64,000 nt of DNA from Accumulibacter sp. (GTDB lineage Bacteria > Pseudomonadota > Gammaproteobacteria > Burkholderiales > Rhodocyclaceae): the NCBI RefSeq assembly GCF_035440685.1, contig NZ_DAORMW010000011.1. One strand, 5' to 3'. Position 1 is the stretch's first letter. Every line of letters begins with the position of its first letter. Positions 29,001-37,306 of the stretch are shown piece after piece. The translations under genes and the position numbers were made by a program. The notes beneath the pieces are model-generated. The model did no database searches. It was not told where the DNA came from and was given only the letters and a program-made list of their open reading frames with translations.

Positions 29001-30244
29001 AACAGTTGCCATTGCCGAAACAGGCTCTCGTGGCTGATGTCGATCAGGTCGTCGTCGCCGATCGCCCGGCCGGCACGCGGCAGCACGAAACCGGCGCTCT
29101 CCGCACGAAAGGCGTCGAGCACCGCGTGCAGGTCGTCGTGCTCGCTCCCGGGCAGTAGCTGCCGCAGCTCGTGCAGCGTCTGCGGTCGGCGTACGTCGCG
29201 GCCTTCGTGTCGTTCGACCAGCGACAGCAGCACCTGGCGTGCGATGCGGCGCCGCGCGGCGCTCAGCGATGCATGGATCGCCGAGGCATGGTTGTCGATG
29301 GCGTTCGAGAGCGATGGCCCGGTGCCGCCCTCGGCGGTGCCGAGGCTGTCCTGGCGCGGCGCACAGATGGCATTGAAATCATCGGCGTCGATCTCGCTCC
29401 GCCCCTGTGAGCTGGCGCGTTGCCACATGCAGAGCAGGGCATGTTGGAGGATCGGCAGTTCGTCGTCGCCGCTTAGTGCGTTGAGCATGCGGTTGGCGAG
29501 TACCGGGTCGATACTGCCGCCGGCCAGAGTAAGCGGCGAGACGATGACCGATTTGATCTGCTCGACAGCGAGGCGCGGCGTCAGGTAGATGCCACTGTTG
29601 ATGGCTTCGGGAAAGCCATGGAAGGTGACGCAATTGCCAAGGAAGTCCGAGCGCATGGTGATTACCACGTAGATCGGCAGGGCTTCGCTCGCCGAACGCA
29701 GGAGCAAGGCGACGAAACTGTCGGCCTCGTCGGGGTTCCGCTGCCGGTAGCGGAAGATTTCCTCGAACTGGTCTACCACCAGCAACAGGGACTGGCCTTC
29801 GAAAGCATCGGCTTTCTGGCGGTACAGCTCGGCCAGGGCCAGCGGGCTGGTGCCGAGCATTGCCGCCAGCGACGAGAGCGCAGCGGCGTGCTCCCTGTTG
29901 TCAGCCCAGCGGGGGTCTTCGCTCAGTGCGTTCGCCAGATTGGCCAGTGGAGCGTCGCCGGGCTGGAAGGTGCAGATGTTCCAGCGACAAGGCGGACTGG
30001 CGTCGCTGCCGGCCGGGGCATGCAGTGCGCCCCGGTGCAGCGCCGGAATCAGTCCGGCGCGTACCAGCGACGATTTGCCGCTGCCCGAGGCACCGAGCAC
30101 GGCGGTGAAGCGCTGCCGGCGTTCGAGCTTGGCGAGCAGTTCACGGACCTGCGGCTCGCGGCCGAAAAAGAGCAGCGACTCGTTTTCGGTGAACGGGCGC
30201 AGGCCGACGTAGGGTGCCGGCAGGCTGAGCTTGATGCGCTTCAT
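26078..30244 (-). CDS. STAND-class P-loop NTPase with coiled coil, hydrophobic helix and 16 WD40 repeats (1388 aa)
   Basis: ATG at 30244 overlaps the stop of the upstream TIR gene (ATGA). FFGREPQVRELL, Walker A GASGSGKSSLVRAG, Walker B LLLVVDQFEE, ITMRSDF. Helix IAIGGCAIAVVAALIAAWLGW. 16 units of the type L+GH..+V.SA.FSPDGKT.+TAS.D.TARLW. Confidence 0.9.
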   Translation of the reverse strand: MKRIKLSLPAPYVGLRPFTENESLLFFGREPQVRELLAKLERRQRFTAVLGASGSGKSSLVRAGLIPALHRGALHAPAGSDASPPCRWNICTFQPGDAPLANLANALSEDPRWADNREHAAALSSLAAMLGTSPLALAELYRQKADAFEGQSLLLVVDQFEEIFRYRQRNPDEADSFVALLLRSASEALPIYVVITMRSDFLGNCVTFHGFPEAINSGIYLTPRLAVEQIKSVIVSPLTLAGGSIDPVLANRMLNALSGDDELPILQHALLCMWQRASSQGRSEIDADDFNAICAPRQDSLGTAEGGTGPSLSNAIDNHASAIHASLSAARRRIARQVLLSLVERHEGRDVRRPQTLHELRQLLPGSEHDDLHAVLDAFRAESAGFVLPRAGRAIGDDDLIDISHESLFRQWQLFRDWLDEEDLDVSELREWQRRATRWEKEGGDLLDDNDRRRAERWRTRVQSRAHPETWATRYEGPGAYALVDAYIQGSLEWHIKAAERAQALQRQAEEARTARLEAEAELQHAAAERAEGERARAVKDRQQAEDYAQRISRRSHIAIGGCAIAVVAALIAAWLGWQANAAKEEAEQSKNDANYASYHAKQSKIQAIAAKEEAQKRALENRVSELAIKAEELGRYNPDQSLRLALAVHQLDKPEANAKADGILRSANADYAYSHVLRGHKGHVWNAQFSPDGKTAITAGNDDTARLWSVAGGQKLHELKGHTAPIRSARFSPDGKTAITASDDKTARLWNVASSQPLHVLTGHTAPVRSARFSPDGKTAITASDDNTARLWEVDSGNPSHVLRGHESPVLSAHFSPDGKTAITINKNDTARLWNVDNGQLLHTLQGHKRSVLSAQISPDGKTAITTSKDQTARLWNVDSGHLRHELKGHQDWVLSAQFSPDRKTVLTASDDKTVRLWDVNSGELLHILQGHEGSVLDAQFSPDGKTVLTASDDRTVRLWKVNTGELLHILRGHGSWVRSAQFSVDGTTILTASNDKTARLWMLDGNHEPVVLRQPPGGLVGTTLLSPDGKTAITTSKDDETARLWEVNTGELMHTLKDHPGPVLSAQFSCDGKSVITTSKDGTARVWEVNTGELLHTLKDHAGPVLSAQFSCDGKFVITATSDDDNTAHLWNVDSGELLHTLKGHPGPVQSAQFSPDGRFVITTSKDDETARLWEGNTGKLLHTLNEHTGPVQSARFSPNGNYVITTSQDGTARVWTVEDGKLWDVLQGHDDWVENAQFSPDGKPPLRVITASDDKTARLWDVVSGRELHVLRGHEQWVVSAQFSPDAKTAVTASEDGTARLWDVASGRQLEVLRGDDGALLSAQFSADGNSVLTTSRKGTVQRWHCDSCRPIEETATEVLGRVGRELDEKERKHFSIPDAQPGKN
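26200..28225 (-). repeat. ~126-bp periodic coding repeats (WD40 blades) inside the STAND gene
   Basis: 16 consecutive ~42-codon units; several share long near-identical DNA stretches (e.g. GCCATCGGGAGAGAACTGCGCGCTCAG variants). Confidence 0.85.
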
Positions 30245-31785
30245 GCTGGCGACAGTCCGCGCAGGAAATCGGCGAGGTCCTGCTCGTTGATCGCGACCAC
30301 GTCGTCCGACTCGATGCGGAACTCGCTGGCAACGGTCCCGTTTTCGAGGTACACCCCCCAACGTTCGAGCGGCAGGCCGCTCTCGGCGAGCTGGTTGAGA
30401 AAGTAGAGCAGGCGGTTGTAGACCGCGAAACGCTTGCTGGGGTCGGCAAAAATGGTGATGCCGGCGCGACAGGGCCGCAGGAGTTCCGTGACGTCGACGC
30501 CATTGTTGCCCAGTGGTGCGTTCGGCGGCAGGCCGCGCTGGTCGAAATTCTGGCCGCGAATGATCGCGCTGAGCCGGCCGGTCAAGGCCGGCACGCTGGC
30601 CAGGTCGTCGACGAAGACCAGCGGCTTGCGCACCCTGGCGAGCGCTGGCGCCGTTGGCGTGACAGCCGCGCGTTCGCGACGCGTGCGTTCGGCGTGCAGA
30701 CGTTCGATGACTTCGCGCTGGAAAGCGGTACGATTGGTAACCCGCAGGGATTCGGTCTGGAACAGCGCGGCGTGTCCGGGATCTGCGATCTCGTCGGGGG
30801 CTGGGAGACTCTCGCACCATTGCATGATCGGCATGCTCGCCCGGCGCGCGTCGCGGGCGCGCTGGAATTGCAGCTGTGGCAGCGGCGCCGCGAAGCCTCT
30901 GAACTTGCGCCCGGCGCTGGCCGAGAGCAGTTGCACGAAGAGGTCGCTGCGTTCGAGGTCGGCGCTGATCGTGGTGTCGAATTCCTGTGGCGTCAAGCCG
31001 ACGTAGTCGCCCTCAGGCAGGACGGTGATGCCCTCGGCTGCCAGCGCCGCCCTGATGGCGCCGTGCTGCAGTTCGAGGTCGTCGGTGGCGTCGGCGAGTA
31101 CGACCGTTCCGAGGGGCGCGAGGCCGACAGCTGCTTTGCCGTTCGTCCTTGCCGATTCAGGGCGGGTGTTGCCGGCGGCGATGTCTGCTTGGGTTGTTGC
31201 GGACGTCATTGCCGTGACCGTGCGCGCGGCGCGTATGCGGGCATCGATGGGCACGCGCAGCTCGTTCAGGATCCGCCAGTAGTAGCGGGTGCCTTCCTCG
31301 TCGCAGTCTTTCGGGCTGGGGTAACCGGCGAGTACCGGCGATGCGGCGTTGACCGGCTTGTACCAGAACTTGGCGTGAATCGTGCCCTTGCGCAGCGCCT
31401 GAATAATCGGCGGCACGCCGGTGAGGTCCTCGAAAGGCCAGATCTCGACGACCAGGACGTCACTCGGCTTCTCCGCGCTGCCACCATGGCTGCGGACGAA
31501 GTGTTCGAGCTCCTTGCCACACCACTGCGAATCGACGTAGTTCTGGGACAGCAAGAGGACCAGCAAACGGCTGCGCCGGACCTTGTCCAGCAACTCGTCG
31601 TTGAATTCGTCGCCGGGCCGGAGCTGGTGGTCGATGAAGATGTTCTTCGGGAGTGCGCTCGGTCCTTCGTTGAGGTTGGCCGCCAGCGCAGTCACCCAGC
31701 CGACCGAAGTGGACGCCCCCAGGGCAAGGCCATTGTCAGCATGCGCGTAGCTGACGAAGATATCGTACGTTTCAGAAGGGTCCAT
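30241..31785 (-). CDS. TIR-domain protein with two further TIR-like/DUF4062-like modules (514 aa)
   Basis: ATG at 31785 after GGGAGG. TIR motifs YDIFVSYAHAD, RLLVLLLSQNYVDSQWCGKELEHF (Glu92 sits at the catalytic-Glu position). The track ORF extends to 32016 but without RBS or domain support. Confidence 0.85.
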   Translation of the reverse strand: MDPSETYDIFVSYAHADNGLALGASTSVGWVTALAANLNEGPSALPKNIFIDHQLRPGDEFNDELLDKVRRSRLLVLLLSQNYVDSQWCGKELEHFVRSHGGSAEKPSDVLVVEIWPFEDLTGVPPIIQALRKGTIHAKFWYKPVNAASPVLAGYPSPKDCDEEGTRYYWRILNELRVPIDARIRAARTVTAMTSATTQADIAAGNTRPESARTNGKAAVGLAPLGTVVLADATDDLELQHGAIRAALAAEGITVLPEGDYVGLTPQEFDTTISADLERSDLFVQLLSASAGRKFRGFAAPLPQLQFQRARDARRASMPIMQWCESLPAPDEIADPGHAALFQTESLRVTNRTAFQREVIERLHAERTRRERAAVTPTAPALARVRKPLVFVDDLASVPALTGRLSAIIRGQNFDQRGLPPNAPLGNNGVDVTELLRPCRAGITIFADPSKRFAVYNRLLYFLNQLAESGLPLERWGVYLENGTVASEFRIESDDVVAINEQDLADFLRGLSPA

Positions 31786-32138
31786 GGCGGCCTCCCAAAC
31801 ATTTTCATCGCGGTGGTGGGGATGCGCATCTGCACCGTAAATACTAGCAGCCGCGAGGGATGGCTGCCGAGTTTTGCGCCACCCGATCGACATGTCGGCA
31901 GAGGACTTGGTGCCGGCTGCCAGGATCTCTGCCAGGAGATGGAATGTCGGGCGCCTGAGGGCAGATGCTGTCGCACGAGTGCCTCGAATGAGCGTGTCGC
32001 CTGTGGTGTGTGGCAATCGCTCGCGCGACTCGCATTGCTGCCTATCGCCACATCGGGCGCCGCTACTGGCCGGATTTGTGCGACACTGCCCGCTTTTTAC
32101 TTCGTCAAGCCGCTCGCGCGGCTATTGGGGGACTCGCC

Positions 32139-32321
32139 TTGGCAAAACCAAATTATCAGTTCGAGAAGCGCCAGAGAGAACTTGAGAAGAAACGCAAGAA
32201 GGAAGAGAAGCGCCAGGTCGCTCTTGCTGCCAAGGGTGCAGCGGCTGGCGACGATACAGAGGCTGCGCAGCAGCCTGCAGCGGTGGACAGCGATGCCCCG
32301 GAGACCACTACCGGCGGTTGA
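32139..32321 (+). CDS. small Lys/Arg/Glu-rich protein (60 aa), TTG start
   Basis: TTG at 32139 with GGGGGA 7 nt upstream. AKPNYQFEKRQRELEKKRKKEEKRQ resembles a small conserved proteobacterial protein family recalled from memory. Confidence 0.45.
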   Translation: MAKPNYQFEKRQRELEKKRKKEEKRQVALAAKGAAAGDDTEAAQQPAAVDSDAPETTTGG

Positions 32322-32485
32322 GCGAAGTGATCGCTGTCGGCTTCGTGTCGTAGGTGAGACGTGCTGAGGGCCCGGGGCCGGCGCCGTACTTGTGCACGCA
32401 TCGCAAACATGCCGCTCGTCGCTGCTGCCTGGTGCTTCGTTGCCGGTAGCGGCGCGGGCGACGGCGGCAAGGGGTGACGGGCGAC

Positions 32486-33679
32486 ATGTCTCTGACGCTG
32501 ATCGTTCTATGCGTGCCCGCTTTCCTGGTTGCTGCGGCAGGCCTGCTGGCGGGACTCGTCTTCATGTCTGCTCTGTCCATGCCCAGGGTGCAGCGTAGCG
32601 GTACGGTGACCATGATCCTGCCGCTGACCGGTGAAGCGGTCGGACTGGCCGCCCTGCTACGCGCGCTCGAGGTGCAAACGCTGCCGGCACGGCGCCTGTT
32701 GATCTGCGTCGAGGGCAGGCATGATCCGGCCTATGCCCGTGCGCTGCAACTGGCGAGCACGACCAGCCTGCCGATCGAGATTCTGATCGCCGGCGAGGCA
32801 AGCGATTGTGCCCAGAAGTGCTGCAATCAGATCGCTGGACTGGCGCGGATCGATGCGCGCGACGAGGTCGTCGTCCTGTTCGACGCGGACATCGCGCCGC
32901 CGCCGTGGTGGCTGTCGGCTCTGGCGACGCCACTGCTCGACGGCAGTGCCGATATCGTCACCGGCTACCGCTGGCCGCTGTTCGCCGGACAGCGTTTTGG
33001 CGCCATGCCGGGTGTCTTGCTTTCCTCCCAACTCGCAGCCGCAATCGACCGGGGAATTGCCCTGTTGCCGCGGCTCGCAGCCTTTCCGGTCACCTGGGGC
33101 GGGTCGCTGGCGCTGTCGCCGCGCGCGCTCGAAAAACTCGATGCGGCGCGTCTTCTCGGCAGCACCTTGTCGGACGATTGCAGCCTCGGCGCACAAGCCG
33201 CCGCCCTGGGCCTGCGCGTGCTGACCCGGCGCGCGCTACTGGTGCCGACACCGGCGAGCGGCGGTCTGGTCGCGCTGTGGCGTTTCGGGCGCCGGCAGTA
33301 CCAGATCATCCGCGTTTATCGACCGTCGCTGTGGTGGCTGGCCTTGCTGGCGCTGAGCAGTCGCGTCACGGCCTGGGGGGTGCTTATGGCCAATTTCGAG
33401 CAGGGGTGGGCGCGCCTGGCGACCCTGGCTTTGCTCATCTTCGCGCTGCTGGCCGTGCTCATTCAGGCGCTGGTCGGGCGCCGGCTGGGCATGGCCGATC
33501 CGCTCGCCATGACGGTGCTGCAGGGCTTGCTCGCGCTGTGCAAGCCGCTGCTTGATGTCTTCCACTGGAGTCTGGTGCTGGCGGCCGTGGACACACGCAT
33601 CATTCGTTGGGGCCATCTCGCTTATCGTGTTGCCGGGCCGGCGCAGATCGCCGTCATGAGTCGTCGCCGATGGGGCTGA
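32486..33679 (+). CDS. membrane glycosyltransferase (GT2/GT21-like)
   Basis: N-terminal TM helix, ILPLTGEA, DxD-type VVLFDADIAPPPWW, C-terminal TM helices. ATG at 32486 (track start 32474 is GTG). Confidence 0.8.
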   Translation: MSLTLIVLCVPAFLVAAAGLLAGLVFMSALSMPRVQRSGTVTMILPLTGEAVGLAALLRALEVQTLPARRLLICVEGRHDPAYARALQLASTTSLPIEILIAGEASDCAQKCCNQIAGLARIDARDEVVVLFDADIAPPPWWLSALATPLLDGSADIVTGYRWPLFAGQRFGAMPGVLLSSQLAAAIDRGIALLPRLAAFPVTWGGSLALSPRALEKLDAARLLGSTLSDDCSLGAQAAALGLRVLTRRALLVPTPASGGLVALWRFGRRQYQIIRVYRPSLWWLALLALSSRVTAWGVLMANFEQGWARLATLALLIFALLAVLIQALVGRRLGMADPLAMTVLQGLLALCKPLLDVFHWSLVLAAVDTRIIRWGHLAYRVAGPAQIAVMSRRRWG

Positions 33680-35112
33680 TGCTGTCCCTTGCCGGTCGTC
33701 TGGCCGGTCGCTCGGCGGTCCTGACGCGGCTGGCGGGGCGTCTGGTTGCGCACGAGCTGCGGCACCTCAAAGGCAAACCGGTCGAGCGTCAGTTGCTGGT
33801 CTACGAGCTGCCTGAGACGCAACTGGCGCTGGCCAACGATCTGCGCGTCGTCGACACCCTGCTCAGTGATCGGGCGGGAACTTTCCCCAAGGCGGCGGCG
33901 CTCGAGCGCCTGCTGCGGCCCTTGGTCGGCGGCGGGGTTTTCGGCCAGCCTGGCGGCGACGCTGTCAAGCAGGCGCGGCGCGTTTTTCTGCGCGCGCTGG
34001 CGCGCGTCCCCGAGCAGCGGGTGACGGGCGTGGCGCGCGAGCTGACGCGCACCTATCTGGCCGACTGGCAGCGGCGAGGCCAGCCGGTGGCCATTCCCAG
34101 CGAGCTGTCGCGGCTGACCATCGACATCGTCAGCGAAGCGACCCTGGGCGGGCGTTTCACCGCCGCGGAGGGGCAGCGCTTCGTCGAGCTGTTCTTTGCC
34201 TACCACCAGCGCGCCAATCCGGTGCTGCTGCTGCTCGGCGGTCAGGCTCCGGCCGTGCAGCAGGCACTGGTCGAAGGCATGGGCCTGGCGGCGATTGGCG
34301 CCGAGATGCGCGCGCTGATCCGCCAGCGCTTCCTGCTGCCATTACTGGAAGAGCGGCCGTCGGCCGAGGGTGCGCCGTTCGCTGCCGCTTTGCTCGAAGC
34401 CGCAGCGGTCGGGTTGGGCGCAGAGTGCTCGCTGGCCAAAGATGAGGCGCGCCAGACGGCGATGCTCGACGAGATTGCAGTGATGCTTCTCGCCGGTCAC
34501 GAGACGACCGCCTCGGTGCTCAGCTGGCTGCTCTGGGAACTGGCCGACGCGCCGCAGGAACAGGATGCCGCCGCGCGAGTGATCGCCGCGGCAAGCGGCG
34601 GCGAGGAACTGCAAGCCGACGCCGATATCGACAGGCAGCAGGCCGCTGCTGGCGCCGATAAAGCCGTTGCCAGGCAGTTGGGCGCGCTGACCCATGAAGC
34701 ATTGCGGCTTTATCCGCCGATTGCCTTCCTGTTGCGCGAAACGACCGAGGCGGTGAGCTTTCGCGAACGACCGATCTGCGCCGGCGGCTTCGTGGTCGTT
34801 TCGCCGTGGACCATCCAACGCCATCGTGCGCTGTGGCCCGAGCCCGATCGCTTCGATCCGGGGCGCTGGCTGGCCAGCGAGCCGCCGGCGGCGAGTGCCG
34901 AGCGCCTGGCGATGATTCCTTTCGGTTACGGCCCGCGCGTCTGTCCGGGCAAACGTTTTGCCGAGCTTGAGATGCAGGCCATCCTCTCGGAGCTGCTCGG
35001 CAGCCGTCAACTCGCACGCAGTCGCGGGCGGGCGCCCAATCCGCTCGGCACGCTGACTTCGCGGCCGGACTACGATTTCCGGCTGCAGATCACGCCGCGC
35101 GGCGTCGGCTGA
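33670..35112 (+). CDS. cytochrome P450
   Basis: I-helix AGHETTAS, ExxR (EALRLYPP), heme-binding loop FGYGPRVCPGKRFA. ATG at 33670 overlaps the GT stop by 10 nt. Confidence 0.9.
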   Translation: MGLMLSLAGRLAGRSAVLTRLAGRLVAHELRHLKGKPVERQLLVYELPETQLALANDLRVVDTLLSDRAGTFPKAAALERLLRPLVGGGVFGQPGGDAVKQARRVFLRALARVPEQRVTGVARELTRTYLADWQRRGQPVAIPSELSRLTIDIVSEATLGGRFTAAEGQRFVELFFAYHQRANPVLLLLGGQAPAVQQALVEGMGLAAIGAEMRALIRQRFLLPLLEERPSAEGAPFAAALLEAAAVGLGAECSLAKDEARQTAMLDEIAVMLLAGHETTASVLSWLLWELADAPQEQDAAARVIAAASGGEELQADADIDRQQAAAGADKAVARQLGALTHEALRLYPPIAFLLRETTEAVSFRERPICAGGFVVVSPWTIQRHRALWPEPDRFDPGRWLASEPPAASAERLAMIPFGYGPRVCPGKRFAELEMQAILSELLGSRQLARSRGRAPNPLGTLTSRPDYDFRLQITPRGVG

Positions 35113-35121
35113 GCTGCGCGC

Positions 35122-36078
35122 ATGCCGCTTTCGTCGACACTTCCCCCTTGTCCGATTACCGGGCGGCCTGCGCGCCGTCGCGTGCATGGCGTGTCGACGC
35201 GGGTGCTGTTGGCCATGTGGCGTGCGGCCGGCGCTGGTGACCTGAGCCACCTTTTTCCCGAGGCACCGCAGGTGGTGCTCTACGAGTCGGATACCGGGCT
35301 GTACTTCTTTGCACCCGTGCTTGCCGGCGACGCGGATTTCTACCGGCGTTTCTACGCCAGTCACGCCGCACATGCGGCGCTCAGCGCACATTCCGAGGTG
35401 CGGCGCGAGTTCGTCCATGCAGCCCGCCACATTGCCGCCGGGTCGCGGGTGCTCGACGTCGGTTGTGGCAGTGGCGCTTTCCGCGAACACCTGCCGCAGG
35501 GCACGTATCGCGGACTCGATCCCTTTGCCGAAGCCGGGGCGGCAGGCGACGTGATCCGCCAGAGCTTGCCCGAGCATGTCGAAGAAGCGCGTGGGCGCTA
35601 CGACGTGGTGACCGCTTTTCAGGTCATCGAACACGTCGTCGATCCGCTCGGCTTTGCTCGCCAGCTGCTCTCCCTGCTGCGTCCAGGCGGCACGCTTATC
35701 GTCTGCGCGCCGCTGCACCCCTCGCCACTGACCGAGATTCCCAATTTCCTGATCAACGCGCCGCCGCACCATCTCAGTTGGTGGACGGCAGGCGCTTGCC
35801 AGGCCCTCGCCGAGGCCATTGGGGTGGAGCCGGTCGAGATCGTCGAGATTCCGGCGTCGTCCCATGACTCCGAGGCCATGGTGTACTGGATGCACCGTTT
35901 TTCTCTACTGCGCGCGCGTCCCGGCCTGGGCGAACGCTATTTCGCGCATCGCTGGCGGTGGCACCTGAATCTGGTCGTCAGCTATCTGCTTGCCCGTCTG
36001 GCGACGCCTTTGCTGCCCTTACCAAAGGGTGGACGGCCGTGCTCCGTGATGTTGGTGGCGCGTTCGCGGCGGGCCTAG
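35122..36078 (+). CDS. class I SAM-dependent methyltransferase
   Basis: Motif I VLDVGCGSGAF; YDVVTAFQVIEHVVDP; LLRPGGTLIV. Starts 9 nt after the P450 stop. Confidence 0.85.
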   Translation: MPLSSTLPPCPITGRPARRRVHGVSTRVLLAMWRAAGAGDLSHLFPEAPQVVLYESDTGLYFFAPVLAGDADFYRRFYASHAAHAALSAHSEVRREFVHAARHIAAGSRVLDVGCGSGAFREHLPQGTYRGLDPFAEAGAAGDVIRQSLPEHVEEARGRYDVVTAFQVIEHVVDPLGFARQLLSLLRPGGTLIVCAPLHPSPLTEIPNFLINAPPHHLSWWTAGACQALAEAIGVEPVEIVEIPASSHDSEAMVYWMHRFSLLRARPGLGERYFAHRWRWHLNLVVSYLLARLATPLLPLPKGGRPCSVMLVARSRRA

Positions 36079-36183
36079 CCGCGCGCCAGCCGCAGTCTCC
36101 CCCGCACGCCGCGGCATTGGCTCGGTTGAGGACGTGCAGGCGCCCTGGCCCTCGTGAGCAGGAGGCGATTTCATGGTGCCTGT

Positions 36184-37122
36184 TCACCGGTTTTCTATAT
36201 TCGCGGCGACAGTCCGAGTTGACCCCTTCGCGCATGGTACTTCCTGAGCCAGTTGTAACCAGGCGATGCTGATTGGCCTAGAATCTTCGAGGGCGAATCT
36301 TATTTTAAGCAGCGCAAGACGCTTTTCGAAATCGGCAGAGGAATACCCATTTACAACGGTCTCGGCAATGAGGAAGAATATTTCCCGAAACCGGGAAACA
36401 TTATCAGCTGAAAGAACGCTTTCCAGTTCGTCGAAGTGTCCCCAGTTCTCTCCAAAATCTTCGGCATAGATCAGATGCACTTTTGGACTGTCGCGGATGC
36501 CCTCCCGGAGTCCTTCTATGTTCGGTCGCAGGAGAGAGTATTCCGCAGAGAGAACGATAAACATCTGCCCGAGATGAGGCGCATCCAGTTCGAGCAGTGT
36601 GTTGGCTTGCTCTATGTCAAAAGGATCAACGAGGACAGGATAGTAGACCAGACCCTTGCCACTCTTCTGTCTGGCCTGCGCTACAGTGGACAGGGTGCTG
36701 GCGATGAGCTGTGGGCGACCTCCCAGGCTGTAGTGCAGGCCAATGAAGCGGGTTCCTGCTTCCTCCTGCATGCGTGTACCGATCCTCTCCGGATTGCGGT
36801 CACACAGCTCCTGGTAATCTTTCGCGTATCCATGCTCTACCAGTATCTTGGCGCTCTCGGCGGTGACGTTGTTGCCGCAGTTGAAATCAAGCCACAGCAT
36901 GCCTGGGTGGACAAAAACAGTATTGATATTTAGCTGTTCCAACTCCTGGTGTGGCGTCTTACAGGATGCTGAAATCTCGCGCGCGAGAGCGCTGTCTTTC
37001 CCCGATGTGTGCAGGCGGGATTCTCGATGTTCTTGTTGTGCCTTGTAGTATCGACCGGCCGAGCACCCATTCAGCAGGATGAGCAGCAGCAGGTAAGCAG
37101 TGATTTTCAAGGGTTGCTCCAT
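36184..37122 (-). CDS. probable lipoprotein, possible alpha/beta-hydrolase (lipase-like) fold
   Basis: Signal peptide plus LLNGC lipobox. LHYSLGG resembles a nucleophile elbow. Gene is markedly AT-richer than its flanks. Confidence 0.7.
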   Translation of the reverse strand: MEQPLKITAYLLLLILLNGCSAGRYYKAQQEHRESRLHTSGKDSALAREISASCKTPHQELEQLNINTVFVHPGMLWLDFNCGNNVTAESAKILVEHGYAKDYQELCDRNPERIGTRMQEEAGTRFIGLHYSLGGRPQLIASTLSTVAQARQKSGKGLVYYPVLVDPFDIEQANTLLELDAPHLGQMFIVLSAEYSLLRPNIEGLREGIRDSPKVHLIYAEDFGENWGHFDELESVLSADNVSRFREIFFLIAETVVNGYSSADFEKRLALLKIRFALEDSRPISIAWLQLAQEVPCAKGSTRTVAANIENR

Positions 37123-37306
37123 CGTGGCTGGATTTGGTGGTCATCGCGCCGCCAGTGAAGCTGCGAGCGCCAGTGCTGCGATCGAGCTGATATGTTGCCA
37201 CAGAGGTAGGCGTCGGCGCAGCCGATCTGGCAAAGCCAGGTCGTCGGTCAACAGGCGCGGCCGTCGGGCAGGCGGGAACATTCGCAGCCGTCGTCTTTTG
37301 CTGCTG

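Noticed and set aside
30245-30820. N-terminal 192-codon extension of the 1580-aa track ORF for the STAND protein
   Set aside because: The extension is Arg/Pro-rich low-information sequence and overlaps the 3' part of the TIR gene in another frame. MKRIKLSLPAPYVGLRPF at 30244 gives the classic ATGA coupling and begins right where STAND homology starts.
31786-32016. 5' extension of the TIR ORF to 32016
   Set aside because: No RBS at 32016. GGGAGG precedes the ATG at 31785, and TIR domains normally begin within a few residues of the N-terminus (DIFVSY).
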